This document shows, piece after piece, positions 27,356 through 41,334 of a stretch of 64,000 nucleotides of DNA. The notes beneath the pieces are model-generated. The model ran no database searches and was not told the origin of the DNA. It saw only the letters and a program-made list of their open reading frames with translations. The position numbers and the translations under genes were made by a program. Each line of letters opens with the position of its first letter. Positions within the stretch are counted from its first letter, which is position 1. This DNA comes from Octopus sinensis (taxonomy: Eukaryota), in the NCBI RefSeq assembly GCF_006345805.1, contig NC_043004.1:17236001-17300000 (forward strand), read 5' to 3'.

Positions 27356-27696
27356 CTATACAGAGTAAAATAAATTGGGTATCAGTCATACGTACAATAT
27401 AGATTGGAAATTCTTACAGAGACCCATATGTATTCACTCACACGTACACACACAAATATATACAGAGAGGGGGGAGAGTGAGGAAGAGACAGACAGACAT
27501 AAAGAGTGCGAGAGAGAGAGATATATGACAACAAACTTTGGATGGAAGATCGTAAATCCTTTAATGTATTGTAACGTACGTTTCTCACAAACCACATCTT
27601 TTAGTTGCTCTCTTGCTCATCCATTCTACATTACGACACAGGAATTTTTTCTGAGCGCACTCAAAAGTGTTACACATAAATGAACGTAGTTATTAC

Positions 27697-27899
27697 CTAT
27701 TGGATCGACTGGATTTGGCGTTGGATGTGGTGAATCGCACTTTTCTTTACAGTGATAATCACGGCGACATCCTCTTCCTGGTTTAAAAGAATAACCCCAC
27801 TGGCCATTTCTCTACTGCTTTTCCGTTGTAACATCTCAAGTATTGTCTACATTGCCAGGCACGCGGAGTTCTGATCCCGTGGCATGTTTCTGCAACGAT
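27697..27899 (-). pseudogene. Cys module exon M1 with three small deletions (-1, -1, -2); probably a low-quality copy next to the gap
   Basis: 203 bp against 207 bp for M3. The flanking intron 27900-28469 matches 26280-26790 but carries many 1-nt indels. Confidence 0.7.
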
Positions 27900-28316
27900 C
27901 TATACAGAGTAAAATAAATTGGGTATCAGTCATGCGTACATATAGATTGGAAATTGTTACAGACCCATATGTATTCACTCACACGTACACACACAAATAT
28001 ATACAGAGAGAGGGGGAGAGTGAGGAAGAGACAGACAGATATTAAGAGTGCGAGGAGAGAGAGAGAATATGACAACAAACTTTGGATGGAAGATCATAAA
28101 TCCTTTAATGTATTGTAACGTACGTATCCACAAAACCACATCTTTTAGTTGCTCTCTTGCTCATCCATTTACATTACAACACCAGGAATTTTTTCTGAGC
28201 GCACTCAAAAGTGTTTCACATAAATGAACGTAAAAAATACACCCACCCACACATACCACACAAATATAGATGTGCATACATATATGTATATATATTATAT
28301 ATATATATATATATAT

Positions 28317-28362
<46 letters not shown>

Positions 28363-28469
28363 ATATATATATATATATATATATTATTCTTTTACTGAAT
28401 TCAGTTCGAGGGCTGCGACTATGCTGGGAGCCCGCCGTTAGCCATGCTACAAATTCGTTAATTTAAAAA

Positions 28470-28569
28470 NNNNNNNNNNNNNNNNNNNNNNNNNNNNNNN
28501 NNNNNNNNNNNNNNNNNNNNNNNNNNNNNNNNNNNNNNNNNNNNNNNNNNNNNNNNNNNNNNNNNNNNN
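28470..28569. other. Assembly gap (100 N)
   Basis: Run of N. Confidence 1.
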
Positions 28570-29777
28570 CGTCTTACCTGCACGAACTTATTCAAAGAAA
28601 GTCATCTACAGTACATCAATAAGAAATTCTGAGAGTTTTGTTATGGGGATGGCAGCGAAATTAGTTTGTTATCAAAATATATGAAACAGCTGATTCGTAA
28701 TGATGTTAAAAAAAGAATTATCTAAATTTTAATCGGTGTAATAGGATTTATGGAGGAAGAAATTTCCTAATGATAATGTAAAAGGGGAGTATGATATGCT
28801 TTATCATTCGTTGATCGAAATCCCATTAAAGCTGGAAAGACAGGTATATGAATTTTTAATGCAATATCTTTATCTTGCATACTTATTTCTAGTCAGTCAA
28901 ACTAATGAGGGAACTGCTAGGTAGTCAGTCGGCTTGCTAGAAATAGCAACCAGATTCTCTTAAATGACACTGAAATAAAAGCAGGACCATTTAGACAATG
29001 TAGATTTAGACAACCTTAGAAGAAACAAGGAAGCTGCGGTTGGAAACTCAGGGCCCACATAGAGCAAATAAAAATACATCAATAACAAAAATATCGAAGC
29101 AAAATTGAAATGCATTGCTAGAGGAAATTATAGTTTTTTTTTTTAAACCTATAAAGCTCTTATTGAATTCATTCTCCTTGGTTATGATGGCTTGCTGTAA
29201 AATTTTTTATTCAAATTATTTCTTTCTTTGTTGAAGTTTCTAAGTGAGGAAAAATGGGCGAGTTTAACGTTTCAGATGTTTTTTTCCACGTAAAATTTTT
29301 ACGTGGGTGCTGTGAAAACGTATAAAACGTATATGCGAGGAAATAAAATCGTTTGTGTGTGTATGGGAATGAAGATATTGATGCAATACATAGAACTGCA
29401 AAAGCAGCGGGGAAAAGTTTTATTACTGTATTACTGTATAGCAAAAGCATGCAGGGGTAAGAAAACGTTTTTCTAACAAAGAGGGAACGTATGTATTTAA
29501 ATTTGAAAAAAAAAGCAAAAAAAGAAAAAGAAAAAGAAAAGAATGCTTGAATAGGTAAAAATTACACAGAAATGGGAAAAGGTCCGGAGAATTTTGTATG
29601 TTGTTCAGAAGTCTTCAAGAAACTGGTATAATCAACGGACGTAAAATAACTGAGATGGAGGTAAAAACAAAAACAACGTCATAAGCTATTAAATAAACGA
29701 TAACACACACACACACACGCGCGTACACAATATATATATATACATATACATACATACATACATATATATATATATAT

Positions 29778-30174
29778 ACTAGCAGCATAGCCCGGCGTTG
29801 CCCGGGTATGTAAGAGCCCCTAGTAGGCAACGACTAATCCCAATCTAGTCCTTTCCCTCTAGGGAACGAAGGCGCATGTGTAGGTTGCAATGTCTTCTCT
29901 TCACTCGAATACTTCTGTGTATACGATGTTCCTAGCTGTCTCGATAAAATGGTCGAGTTGTGTCCCCTAGACAGAAAATGTGTTGCATATAAAAAGCTTA
30001 GATTCTCGAGCCAATGTCGAATTTATCGATTTTTTTCAGAACTGGGGGAACTTTTCAAAATTTTCACTGCGTTAGTTTTGAATTATGACATTGGGCTATG
30101 TGTGTGTCAAGTTTCATGAGAATCGGTTGCAAGCCGTCGTCAGGGTGAGGGTACAACCTGATAGACAAACTGCC

Positions 30175-30180
<6 letters not shown>
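29778..30180 (+). mobile_element. Non-autonomous Helitron/Helentron-type (Lep1/HINE-like) element
   Basis: ACTAGCAG-catag-CCCGGCGTTGCCCGGG hairpin head; tail caagtttcatgagaatcgg...agacaaactgccgttta. Confidence 0.6.
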
Positions 30181-30226
<46 letters not shown>

Positions 30227-30236
30227 TATATATATG

Positions 30237-30845
30237 CAGTCGTCCTCAAAATTATTCATACCCTAGGTTCACCGAATCCAATATCTTCTTTGAATAGTCA
30301 ATAGCATAGCCTTTGTCTTTTATGACTACTTCTAGACGATTCTTGTACGTGTCCACGAGCATCCTGCAAGTCTCCTGTTGGATGTTGGCCCACTCTTCCT
30401 TGGCGAATGCCTCGAGCTGGGTCAGGTTTGTCGGTTTCCTAGCTATGACTCTAGTTCTCAAGTCTCACCACTAGTTCTCGATCGGATTCGGAACGTTGAT
30501 CATTCTAGAACGTTGACATAGTCCTTGAACCATTTCTTCACTATCTTGGAGGTATGTTTCGGATCATTGTCCGGCTGGTACTTCTAGTTGTGGCCGAGTG
30601 GGAGTTTTTCAGCGGATTCCTTCACGTTTTCATCAAGGATCCTGATGTAATACTTCTTTCTCATGATTCCTTGGACCATAACAAGGTTCCCTGTACCACA
30701 GAAAAGGAAGCATCCCCATAGCATTATGGTTCCACCATCTTGCTTGACAGTGGGCATTGTGTTCTTCGACTTGTATACTTCTCCTTTTTTTCTTCCATAC
30801 GTATTTAGCATTCATATAGCCAAATAACTCCAACTTCGTCTCATC
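30237..30845 (-). mobile_element. Tc1-like (DD34E-type) transposase 3' half with TIR; short inverted piece at 30929-30982
   Basis: SDETKLELFG, PTVKQDGGTIMLWGCF, FAKEEWANI, KGYAIDY; TIR cagtcgtcctcaaaattattcatac. Confidence 0.85.
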
Positions 30846-31167
30846 AGAGGTTATCTGAAGCAAGATCCCAGCTTTTGGTCAACCATCCTGTGGTCTGATT
30901 AGACGAATGGCCAAGTCAGAGTTCTGACCTGAATCCGATTGTGAACTTGAAGACCAGAGTGATGGCTAGGAAACCGACCAACTACCTACCTACCTACCTA
31001 CCTACCTACCTACCTACCTACCTACGTACATACATATATATGTTTTCAGTATCCGTCTACCAAATCTACTCACAAGGCTTTGGTCGGCCCGAGGCTATTG
31101 TAGAAAACACTTGCCCGGAACCATACGGTTCGTAAGCAAGCTACTTACCACACAGCTACTCCTACGC

Positions 31168-31205
<38 letters not shown>

Positions 31206-31446
31206 TATAAAATTAATCAAAGGACATACTAAGTATGTCTACCTGCTTGAAATAGCAGTCAAAACTCCTACTGAATCGCCAAAAATACACTGATGAAAAC
31301 TACAGAAATCAAACGAAGGCAAAATGAGGTTAAGATAATCTACTAATATACATTTAAGTATCTGGACTCACGTGGACCGGTTTCTGCCCTGGTAAAATAA
31401 TAGAATTAATAACTTCGCAAATTAATTATATATAATATATATATAT

Positions 31447-31479
<33 letters not shown>

Positions 31480-31628
31480 CCATTTTATTTGTGGAGTAAC
31501 AAAGCAACTCGTGGCTTCTTTATATAGAAAAGCTATCCACAATTATTAACAATTCGTGCGATGCGTTGAGTTCTTGAGCAAAACATTTCATTTCATCGTT
31601 CCTCCGGAAATTTGTATTGCTTGTATGG

Positions 31629-31723
<95 letters not shown>

Positions 31724-32306
31724 TTGTGTGTGTGCGTATGTGTGTATATGTATGTGTGTTGCTTTGTCTCAATGCGACTCTGGCTGAACAGTGCTACGAT
31801 CAATGCTATTCCAACCATGCCCATCTCGATTTTCCTATATATATTGAAGACTGCATTTTCTAATATATTCTTTCTAAAGAAGGAAGTGATTCGGGGTGAT
31901 TCAAATGATTTGCGATAAGAGGGAGCTTCGACGAATGCTGTTTCTGCCAGGTTGGGTGAACATGTAGACTTAATTGTGTTGCATTTCCGGAGTTTCGCTT
32001 TCTACTAATTCTTTAAATCTCCCTCATTTTTTCTGGTTTACTTTCCACCACATCTCTGTAATTAAGCCACTCATTATTGACTTTCGCCAGTTAAACAATC
32101 ATTAAAATTATAACTGCCATCCAATGTTTTTTCTTTCAGTCGATCTTCTTCTCTTCTTTTTGCTTCCGTTTTCCACCTCCTTTTTCTTAAATTCTCCTTC
32201 TACGTTGGTTTCTGACTTTCATCAAATCGTTCTTTCTTATTATTTTACTTTCGTTAGGATTGACATTTCTCCTTGTGTTTTAAAATCTAATTGATTATTT
32301 GCAGGT

Positions 32307-32359
<53 letters not shown>

Positions 32360-32368
32360 TTCTTCTTT

Positions 32369-32412
<44 letters not shown>

Positions 32413-32611
32413 ATTCTTTCTTCCTTTCTTTCCTACTTTCTTACTTTCTGTCTTTCTTTCACTCTTTCTTTCTTTCTTCCTTTCTTTCTTTCTTCCTTTC
32501 TTTCTTTCTTTCTTTCTTCCTTTCTTTCTTTTTTCTTTCTTATTTTCTTTCTTTCAATCTTTCTTTCAATCTTCCTTTCTTTCTTTCTTCCTTTCTTTTT
32601 CTTTCTTATTT

Positions 32612-32653
<42 letters not shown>

Positions 32654-32710
32654 TCTTTACCTCCCATATCCCCCCCTTTTACTTCTTCCTTCCTTCCTTC
32701 CTTCCTACTT
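32307..32710. repeat. (TTTC)n-rich polypyrimidine tract
   Basis: Read directly. Confidence 0.95.
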
Positions 32711-33295
32711 TTCTTTGTTTCCTTCTATTTTCTACCATCCATTCGTCCGTACATTCGTTCTTTATATACATTTTCTCCCTTTCTTTCCTCTATATTTCCA
32801 TCCTTTCCATTCTTATTCCTTCACTTATTTCTCTGCAAGGCTGTAACCACTTTCCCACAAACCCTTTCCTTCATTCTTCTATTAGTCGCTCTTCTTTTCA
32901 GTGAGATACATTTGGTATTTCAGAGGTGTTCCATTTTTATCCGGAAATTTTTTTTATATCGGACATTCCGAGTGAACGATTGATGAAAACTATAGAAAGC
33001 TATTTTAGTTAGACAGCTTGAGAGATAAAACGAGACTTTTAGTAAAAATACATCTTTAGTTCTTTCACCAATTTTCCTACCTTTATTTCAACTTTTTCCC
33101 GTACATTGTCATGTTTTAGGTTGCTTCTGTTTATTTATTATTATTGTTTTTATTTTACGTTGTCATATTTTTGTTTCTCTAGTACACGTTTATCTTCCCC
33201 TCTCTCTCTATCTATCGATCAATCTGTCTATCTGCCTCCCTTCTTATTTATCTCCTCTTTCTTCCTATCTCTAGCTTCCTATTAATCTCTCCCCC

Positions 33296-33296
33296 A

Positions 33297-33367
<71 letters not shown>

Positions 33368-33484
33368 CCTATCTATCTATCTATCTATCTATCTATTATC
33401 TACTACCTACCTACCTACCTACTCCTACCTACCTACCTACCACTACTTACCTACCTACCTATCTATCTATCTATCTATTATCTA

Positions 33485-33522
<38 letters not shown>

Positions 33523-33546
33523 CCTACGTACCTACCTACCTACTAC

Positions 33547-33622
<76 letters not shown>

Positions 33623-33655
33623 TTATCTATCTAACTATCTACCTATCTATCTATC
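33296..33655. repeat. (TATC)n/(TACC)n microsatellite
   Basis: Read directly. Confidence 0.97.
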
Positions 33656-33683
33656 TTTTCCATCTCTCTATCCTCCGATTTCG

Positions 33684-33756
<73 letters not shown>

Positions 33757-33757
<1 letters not shown>

Positions 33758-35400
33758 CATTTCTTGGTAACACAGTGTAGGTAAAAATGCACCGGAATTT
33801 TTACTCATCTGTCAAGTCACAACAAGGACCTCAGACCGATAATACTTTCCTTAAGATGTGCGCTGTGCCCAATAAGGCTGCTTTTTGTAAGGCATCAATC
33901 TTGCATGGGATTTTGAAGTATCAATGGGATTGAGCCCAACGCTCCGATCACTACTGGTATCACTTTTACATTACTCTCTGCATTCCATACAGTCTTGCCA
34001 TTTCCACTTTCAATTCGGAGTACTTGGCGATTTTTTCAACCGCTTTACTTACAACATTCGTGTCATTTGGTATGGGCACATCAATGATCTGACAGTATTT
34101 GTCTTTATTATTCAACTTTACTTGGTACATGTTCACACCAGTTCTCTGTTACTTCATATTGGTATTTAAGGCATAAGAGCCAATGAAGATACACACACAC
34201 TTTATCGTGGCGGCGCTTGTATTCTTTTGTATTCTCACATCGACTTACCAAGTGGGTCACATTTTCCATACTGCATTACTAGGTGTCAGACGTTTTATAG
34301 ATGTTATATTTCACTGACTTTGTAGCGAGAGCCTGGTCTTGTGCAGCAATGATAAGGCTTTTGGTGGTACGCTTCAAATCATCTCACTCAAGTCATGCCC
34401 ATGATCCTCAACGTCCTGTGTATTCCTTTCAAACTGTCCATGCATTCTCATTTCACGAAAGTCTTCTTTTCTCTTCTCATCAGCTCATTGGTTAAACTCT
34501 TCCTTGCCCACCATTTCATCTGCATTTACACCCATGTCTTTTGCGGCATATTGCAGCAGGTCTTCACCACTATTTATCAAATACTCGGCAAGCGTTCTCC
34601 TTTCACACCTTATACAATGGTCTATACTAATTAGTCCTCAGCCACCATTCTTTCTTTTCATATACAGCCTGTTTACGTTTGCGTTAGGGTGTAGTGCCCC
34701 ATCCAGCGTCATCAACTTTCTCGTCCTTCTATCCAGTCTTGATATTTCCTCCTTAGTCCATATGAACATGAACGCACTATATCTGACCACCGCAACTGCC
34801 TAGATATTCAGTGCGGTAATCAAATTTTTGGCATTCAGATTGGATTTCAACACCATCTACACCCTTTTTTGATACGCCTAACTGACCTTAACTTTCAGTT
34901 CACTGTGTAGAATGTCCTCCAGCTCCAAAATCCCTAAATATCTATGCCCACTACCGTTGGGTTGCCCGTTGTCTCTCCTGATGGTAACCGAAATCCTCTG
35001 CAGGCTGTTTTCTTCCCACTTTTCATATTAAGTACTGAGCATTTGGTAATCCCAAATTCCATACCGATGTCCTTACTACACTTCTGGATTGTATTGTTTA
35101 AGGAATCTATCTGTTTTTCAGATTTCCTAAACAGCTTCAGGTCATCCATAAACAGAAGATGGTTCAATGATGGGCCTTCCTTCCCACATCGGTAACCCAT
35201 CTTAACTTTCCTAAGTGGCATTGTTATGGGTATTAGAGCAATTACAAATAGTAACAAAGAAAACGAGTCACCTTGGAAGATTCTCCTTCTAATACACTGG
35301 CAAGGCCACCACTCCTCCGCCACCAATCTAAGCAATGGACAAAAATCCTAATCGTCTCCAACTACTTTATCTCTATTAACCACAACAACTTAAACATTTC
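33757..35400 (-). mobile_element. 5'-truncated R4/Dong-clade LINE (RT to RLE), degenerate, with (TAA)n tail
   Basis: [22 protein letters not shown] and NHLLFMDDLKLF RT motifs; (TTA)n at 33684-33755 on the plus strand. Confidence 0.85.
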
Positions 35401-36090
35401 TCTTTTTCTCTCATTCATCTGTCTCTGTCGCCTACTTTATATATATATACATACATGCATAGTACATATATATATATATGTATGTATATACATATATATA
35501 TATATATATATACATAAATACATACATAATACATATATATATATATATATATATATGCATATATGCATACATACATACATACATACATGCATACATACAT
35601 ACACACACATATATACACACACACATACATATATATCATAAAGAAAATAGAGAGTCTGAAACAGCATTATCAATTTATTTACATTTTGTCAATTCTAAAC
35701 CTACGGTCGTTTCCATATAAATCTTTATTCAAATTACAATAAAGATTGCAATATGAAATAACGAAGCGGTAGATATTTGTTCTGGGCGAAAAGTGACACA
35801 TCCCTTTTCTTTATGATACATTACTATAACTATGCCCACATATATCGATGAGAAGTACACATGTATACAAAATATTAGGACTCCATAATGTGCCTAATAA
35901 ATAAGAAACACTTTCACTAGCACGGAAAAGCAGGATTCCAGAAAGTCCATCGATATACACGATAAAACCGGAGGACGCTTGGATGTTGAACTCCCTTTAA
36001 AGAGGAATTTATCTCCTCAAAACGTCGTTGATTCGCTAGCCTCTGCACGCATTTTTTTCTCTCCTTCTTTCTGTGTTTCTTTTCTGTGTA

Positions 36091-36128
36091 TCTTTCTGTT
36101 GAAGAGCGTAGGCTCGAAACGTAAAAGA
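36091..36128 (+). other. Degenerate minimal type I hammerhead-like motif in a Penelope-like terminal repeat remnant (similar at 1846-1883 and 20896-20931)
   Basis: tcttt-CTGTTGA-a-gagc gtag gctc-GAAAC-GT-A-aaaga: stems I and II pair; the core has a substitution against CUGANGA. Confidence 0.5.
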
Positions 36129-36930
36129 CTTGTTTTATTTATATTCCTGAGCGCCATACTAATACAATTGTTTGTTTGTATTCCACCTGCCTTCGTCTTT
36201 TGTTTATTTCTGTAAACCTGCCTTCGTCTTTTGTTTATTTTCATAAAGCTTCCCGTTATATATATATATATATATCTTTTACTTGTTTCAGTCATTTGAC
36301 TGCAGCCATGCTAGAGCACCGCCTTTAGTCGAGCAAATCGACCCCAGGACTTATTCTTTGGAAGCTTAGTACTTATTCTATCGACCCCCTTTGCCGAACC
36401 GCTAAATTACGGGGACGTAAACACACCAGTATCGGTTCTCAAGCGATGTTGGGGGGACAAACACAGACACACAAACATATACACACATACATATAAATAT
36501 AAATATACATATATACGACAGGTTTCTTTCAGTTTCCGTCTACCAAATCCACTCTCAAGGCTTTGGTCGACACGAGGCTATAGTAGAAGACACTTGCCCA
36601 AGGTACCACGCAGTGGGAATGAACCAGGAACCATGTGGTTGGTGAGCAAGCTACTTACAACACAACACCTCCTGCATATATTTATATATATATATATATA
36701 TAATATATACATGCATGCAAGCACGTGCAACTATGCTCTCGCGCACTAACTCACTGATACACACAGACTTGTGCATCTGTGTGTGTATGTGTGTATATGT
36801 ACACACAGCATTGCTCTTAAGTAAGTTAGGGATTACATGCATTTATAGGTGTATGTGTGTGTGGAGAGAGAGAAAAAAAGAGAAAAGAAGAGGAGAGAGA
36901 GAGAGAGAGGGAAAAGGACAGAAAGGGAAG

Positions 36931-36970
<40 letters not shown>

Positions 36971-36982
36971 CGAGAGATTTAA

Positions 36983-37228
36983 GTGCGTCGACCAAGACTG
37001 AAGAAGGCGATGTTCACGACTGTTTGTTTGAGATGTGTAACAATGGATGAGTATGTATTGGAGGATGTTTTCGATGGCAGTTTTCACAGACACAACCGGA
37101 TGTTCTTGAAGAAGTGTCTTAATGACATCTGGAAGACGACTGTGTCGAAGTTTAGGGATGAGTTAGCAAGGAGGAGAAAAAAGAGAGCAACGGATGGATT
37201 TTTATTCCCATGTCCTTGTCAGTACTAA
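36983..37228 (+). CDS. Unassigned small ORF (up to 81 aa; MDEYVLEDVFDGSFHRHNRMFLKKCLNDIW...FPCPCQY)
   Basis: Non-repetitive open frame. The inverted copy at 41335-41644 is disrupted. No recognisable domain. Confidence 0.25.
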   Translation: MRRPRLKKAMFTTVCLRCVTMDEYVLEDVFDGSFHRHNRMFLKKCLNDIWKTTVSKFRDELARRRKKRATDGFLFPCPCQY

Positions 37229-37559
37229 CTGTAGAACATTAGTAAAATATATTATGTTATCTTACAAATTTCGTTTTATTTTCTATCAGGCGAAGCCATC
37301 AGGTGATACACATGCACTTAACTATGAGTGCATTACATCTTATGGCAGAAACGGCTGTAAGCTAGTGAAGTTCTTTACATAACTTTTTGTTCTCTTGTTA
37401 TTTATTTAACTTTTTACTTTACACTTGTGCGCGCGCACACACACACACACACACAAACAGACACACACACAGGTGACAATGAGTAGAAAAGTAGGACAAG
37501 CGTGAGTGACTGGAGTGGAAGTATGTATTATCTTTTCTTTTACGTGTTTCAGTGACTCG

Positions 37560-37600
<41 letters not shown>

Positions 37601-37662
37601 TATATATATATATATATTATATATAGTTTATATATATGTATAATATAGATAGATAGATAGAT

Positions 37663-37695
<33 letters not shown>

Positions 37696-37709
37696 GGATA
37701 GATAGATAA

Positions 37710-37742
<33 letters not shown>

Positions 37743-39502
37743 TAGCCTGACCACGGCTTCTGAGTTGAAACTATCAAAAAAGTAAATATACGACTGACTT
37801 CCAAACAGTTTCTGTCTATTGTGGAAGACATTTGCTCAATGCGTCGCGCAGTGGAACTCAATACAAAACGACGCGGTTGCAAAACGAGATTCTTAACTAC
37901 ACTCACATATCTGCGCCAGTATGTATAGTAGACAGAAGTTTCGGATAGTGTAAAGATGGTGGTGAATGTGAATGTAAGTGTGAGCAAGTGGACGACAAGG
38001 TAAAGCTAATCGATCGTTGATTCCTGCGACAACAACCATGGCCTTACAAAGCCAAGCAAAAAACACCTCTTTTCATGTACATTAGTAAGTTTTGAAGAAA
38101 TTTAAATACAACAGACCCCTAGGATATGTCATTCTATATCTTAGTTTTGTTGCATAATGCATAAAAGTATAATCCATATTGAGACTTTGAATCCATATGT
38201 CGTCTGCAAAATGTAAATGAAACAGAGTGCATGCGAATTGTACAAATGGACTGTTTGATTGAAATGGAAAAAGGAAGAAATATTTTCATGAATGGCTGTA
38301 TGGTAAGTAGCTTACTTACCAACCACATGGTTCCGGGTTCAGTCCCAATGCGTGGCACCTTGGGCAAGTGTCTTCTACTATAACCCCGGGCTGACCAAAG
38401 CCTTGTGAGTGGATTTGGTAGAGGGAAACTGAAAGAAGCTCGTCATATATATGTGTATGTGTGTGTTTGTGTGTCTTGTGTTTGTTCCCCTACCATGGCT
38501 TGACAACCGATGTTGGTGTGTTTATGACCCCCGTAACTTAGCGGTTCGGTAAAAGAGACCGATAGAATAAGTACTGGGCTTACAAAGAATAAGTCCCGGG
38601 GTCGATTTGTTCGACTAAAAAAGTGGTGCTCCGACATGGCCGCAGTCAAATGACTGAAACAAATAAAATAATAAAAGAATTACAATAAGGAGATAATAAC
38701 ATGGGTTCATAATACGAACACTTTAACGTATATCGCTCTAAGCAACACAGTACACAATCTGAAGTATTCCTACTTCAGAAGAATGTTCAAATGTAGGTAC
38801 ATAGGTCAAATCAATAAACACTTAAAACGGAAGAAAAGCATGACAACTATTCATCATCCGTCTTTTTCTTTTTTTTTTTATTCAATGTTTATAAAACGTA
38901 TTTCATTTATCTAATTTTCCGCGAAGCAAAAGTCGTTTTTCTCCGACGAAAAACACCAAAAGATATTTTAACCAGTTTACTTGGTAATAGCTCTTCAGAA
39001 GTCACTAACTTAAAGCTGATGCTCATAGGTCACTAAAAAAAAACAAAAAACAAAAAAAAAACCCACCAGACTTTATCGATGAATGGTCGAAGGGGCAAGG
39101 AAAAATGGAGTATGTCAAAACCAATGATATACTTCAAATATGATGTATATCACACATATATTTTAACACAAAGTTTGCAATCATTGAATCACCGATACAG
39201 AACATAAAGAGACTTACCGCATGCATATTTTTATGTGTATATGTATAATATATTATATATATAATAATATATTATATATATATTATATGGGGTTTTTTTC
39301 CTGTGTAGCACGTCCTGTAACTGTTTGTTTTTTCGTTTTCTTGTTTTTTGTTTTTTCCCGTTTCTACGTCTTATTGTAGTGTCCTGTACTCACGTATAAT
39401 TATTTATATATGCATGTATATATACATGTAGATGTAGGTACGTACATATATGTTTGTATGTAGGCATATATTTTTATTATCACATATATTATATATATTA
39501 TA

Positions 39503-39542
<40 letters not shown>

Positions 39543-39958
39543 TATATATATATACATATATAGGTGCAGTGTAGCTGTGTGGTAAAAAGCTTGTGGTAAG
39601 AAGGCGGCGAGTTGGCAGAAACGTTAGCACGCTGGGCGAAATGTTTAGCGGTTTCGTCTGCCGTTACGTTCTGGTTCAAATCCCACCGAGGTCGACTTTG
39701 CCTTTCATCCTTCGGTCGATAATAAGTACCAGTTACGCATGGGGTCGATGTAATCGACTTAATCCGTTTGTCTGTCTTTGTTTGTCCCCTCTCTGTTCAG
39801 CCCCTTGGGCAATAAAAAAAATAAGAAGCTTGTTCCCAACCACATGGTTCGAGTTCAGTCCCACTGCGTGGCACCTTGGGAAAGTGCCTTCTACTATAAC
39901 CTCGGGACGACCAAAACCCTGTGAGTGGATTTGGTAGACGGAACTGAAAGAAGCCTGT

Positions 39959-39996
<38 letters not shown>

Positions 39997-40151
39997 CTAT
40001 ATGGTGAAATAGAAAGATGAATAATCTTGTTGCGAGTTAATCAAAAGTTTAACCGATACCTTGGTAGCAAAAATCACAGCAGAAGACAGCACGGTTGAGG
40101 TACAACCATATGGTGTTGCAACCGTGCGTTGGTGCGGATAATTGAATTTTA

Positions 40152-40297
40152 ATATTATTAGTGAATTGAAGAAATGGAGTTGAACGAAGATTGAACAGAA
40201 ATCGTTTTATCATTCTGCACGTGTTTCGAAACACGTGTAGAATGCAATAAAACGATTTCTGTTCAATCTTCGTTCAACTCCATTTCTTCAATTCACT

Positions 40298-40305
<8 letters not shown>
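40152..40305. repeat. Near-perfect palindrome with about 76-bp arms
   Basis: Centre cacgtgtttcgaaacacgtg. Confidence 0.9.
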
Positions 40306-40387
<82 letters not shown>

Positions 40388-41334
40388 ATATTTATGTGTA
40401 TGTGTTGCTTGTTTGTTCCCCCACCATCGCTCGGCAGTTGATGTTGGTGTATTTACATCCCCGAAACTTAGCAGTCCGGAAAAGAGACCGATAGAATAAG
40501 TACTAGGCTTACAAAGAATAAGTCCTGGGGTCTATTTGTTCGTATAAAGGTGGTGCTCCAGCATGACCGAAGTCAGATGACTAAAACAAGTAAAATAATA
40601 AAAGAATATATATACAGTCGTCACTAAACGTGACTAAGAGTGCAAGTAAGCACCAGCCTTGCTAGAAATAAGAGTCAAGATAACTCTAAGCCACGAACAG
40701 AACATTTTCTGTTCAATACAGCACTTTCTTTTCAGTGAATAGCAATGCTGGTGCTGACTTGCACACTTAACCATTTTTAGTGACGCTTGTATTTGTGTCT
40801 TTTCATTTTTAAATTGCATCTAGCCAGACTGATTGTGTAGGCACAGGAGAGGCTGTGTGGTACGTAGCTTGCTTACCTCAATGTGCATGTGCGAGTCAGT
40901 GTTGCGTTTGGCACTGAAGCGGTGAGACATGCTTTTGAAGCCGCCCCGAATTGAAAAATTTTGAAGCTCCATTATAAGGTAGGATTCTGGTTTTTTGGGT
41001 CCAGTGGGAATTTTTGTTGAGAATTTTTTTTTTTTGTACAAGGGGGAAGTCCTACTGGATTCAGAATTCTGGTTCTGCCTGCATGGAGCGAATATTTTTT
41101 CTCGCTTAATTGTGATAATTTTTGTTTGGGGGCGTATTCATCTTCCTAGTTAGCGATTTATGTTGAGTGAATATTTTTCTTACTTAATTATGAGGATTGT
41201 TGCTTGGAGGAGTGTTGTGCCTACAAAAAAATTTGTTCATTTTTGAAGAATTTTAAAATAATTGTGAGAACTGCTGTTTGGGGGAGTGTCTTTGCCTCCG
41301 AAGACTGAACAATTTTTCTTCCGCCTTTATCGAA

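Noticed and set aside
32291-32983. 230-aa Phe/Leu/Ser-rich 'membrane protein' ORF
   Set aside because: Translation of a (TTTC)n tract.
39211-39235. Minus-strand ATGCATGCG|gtaagt as a possible first exon
   Set aside because: Abuts a (TA)n tract, encodes no signal peptide, and is phase 0 whereas the modules need phase 1.
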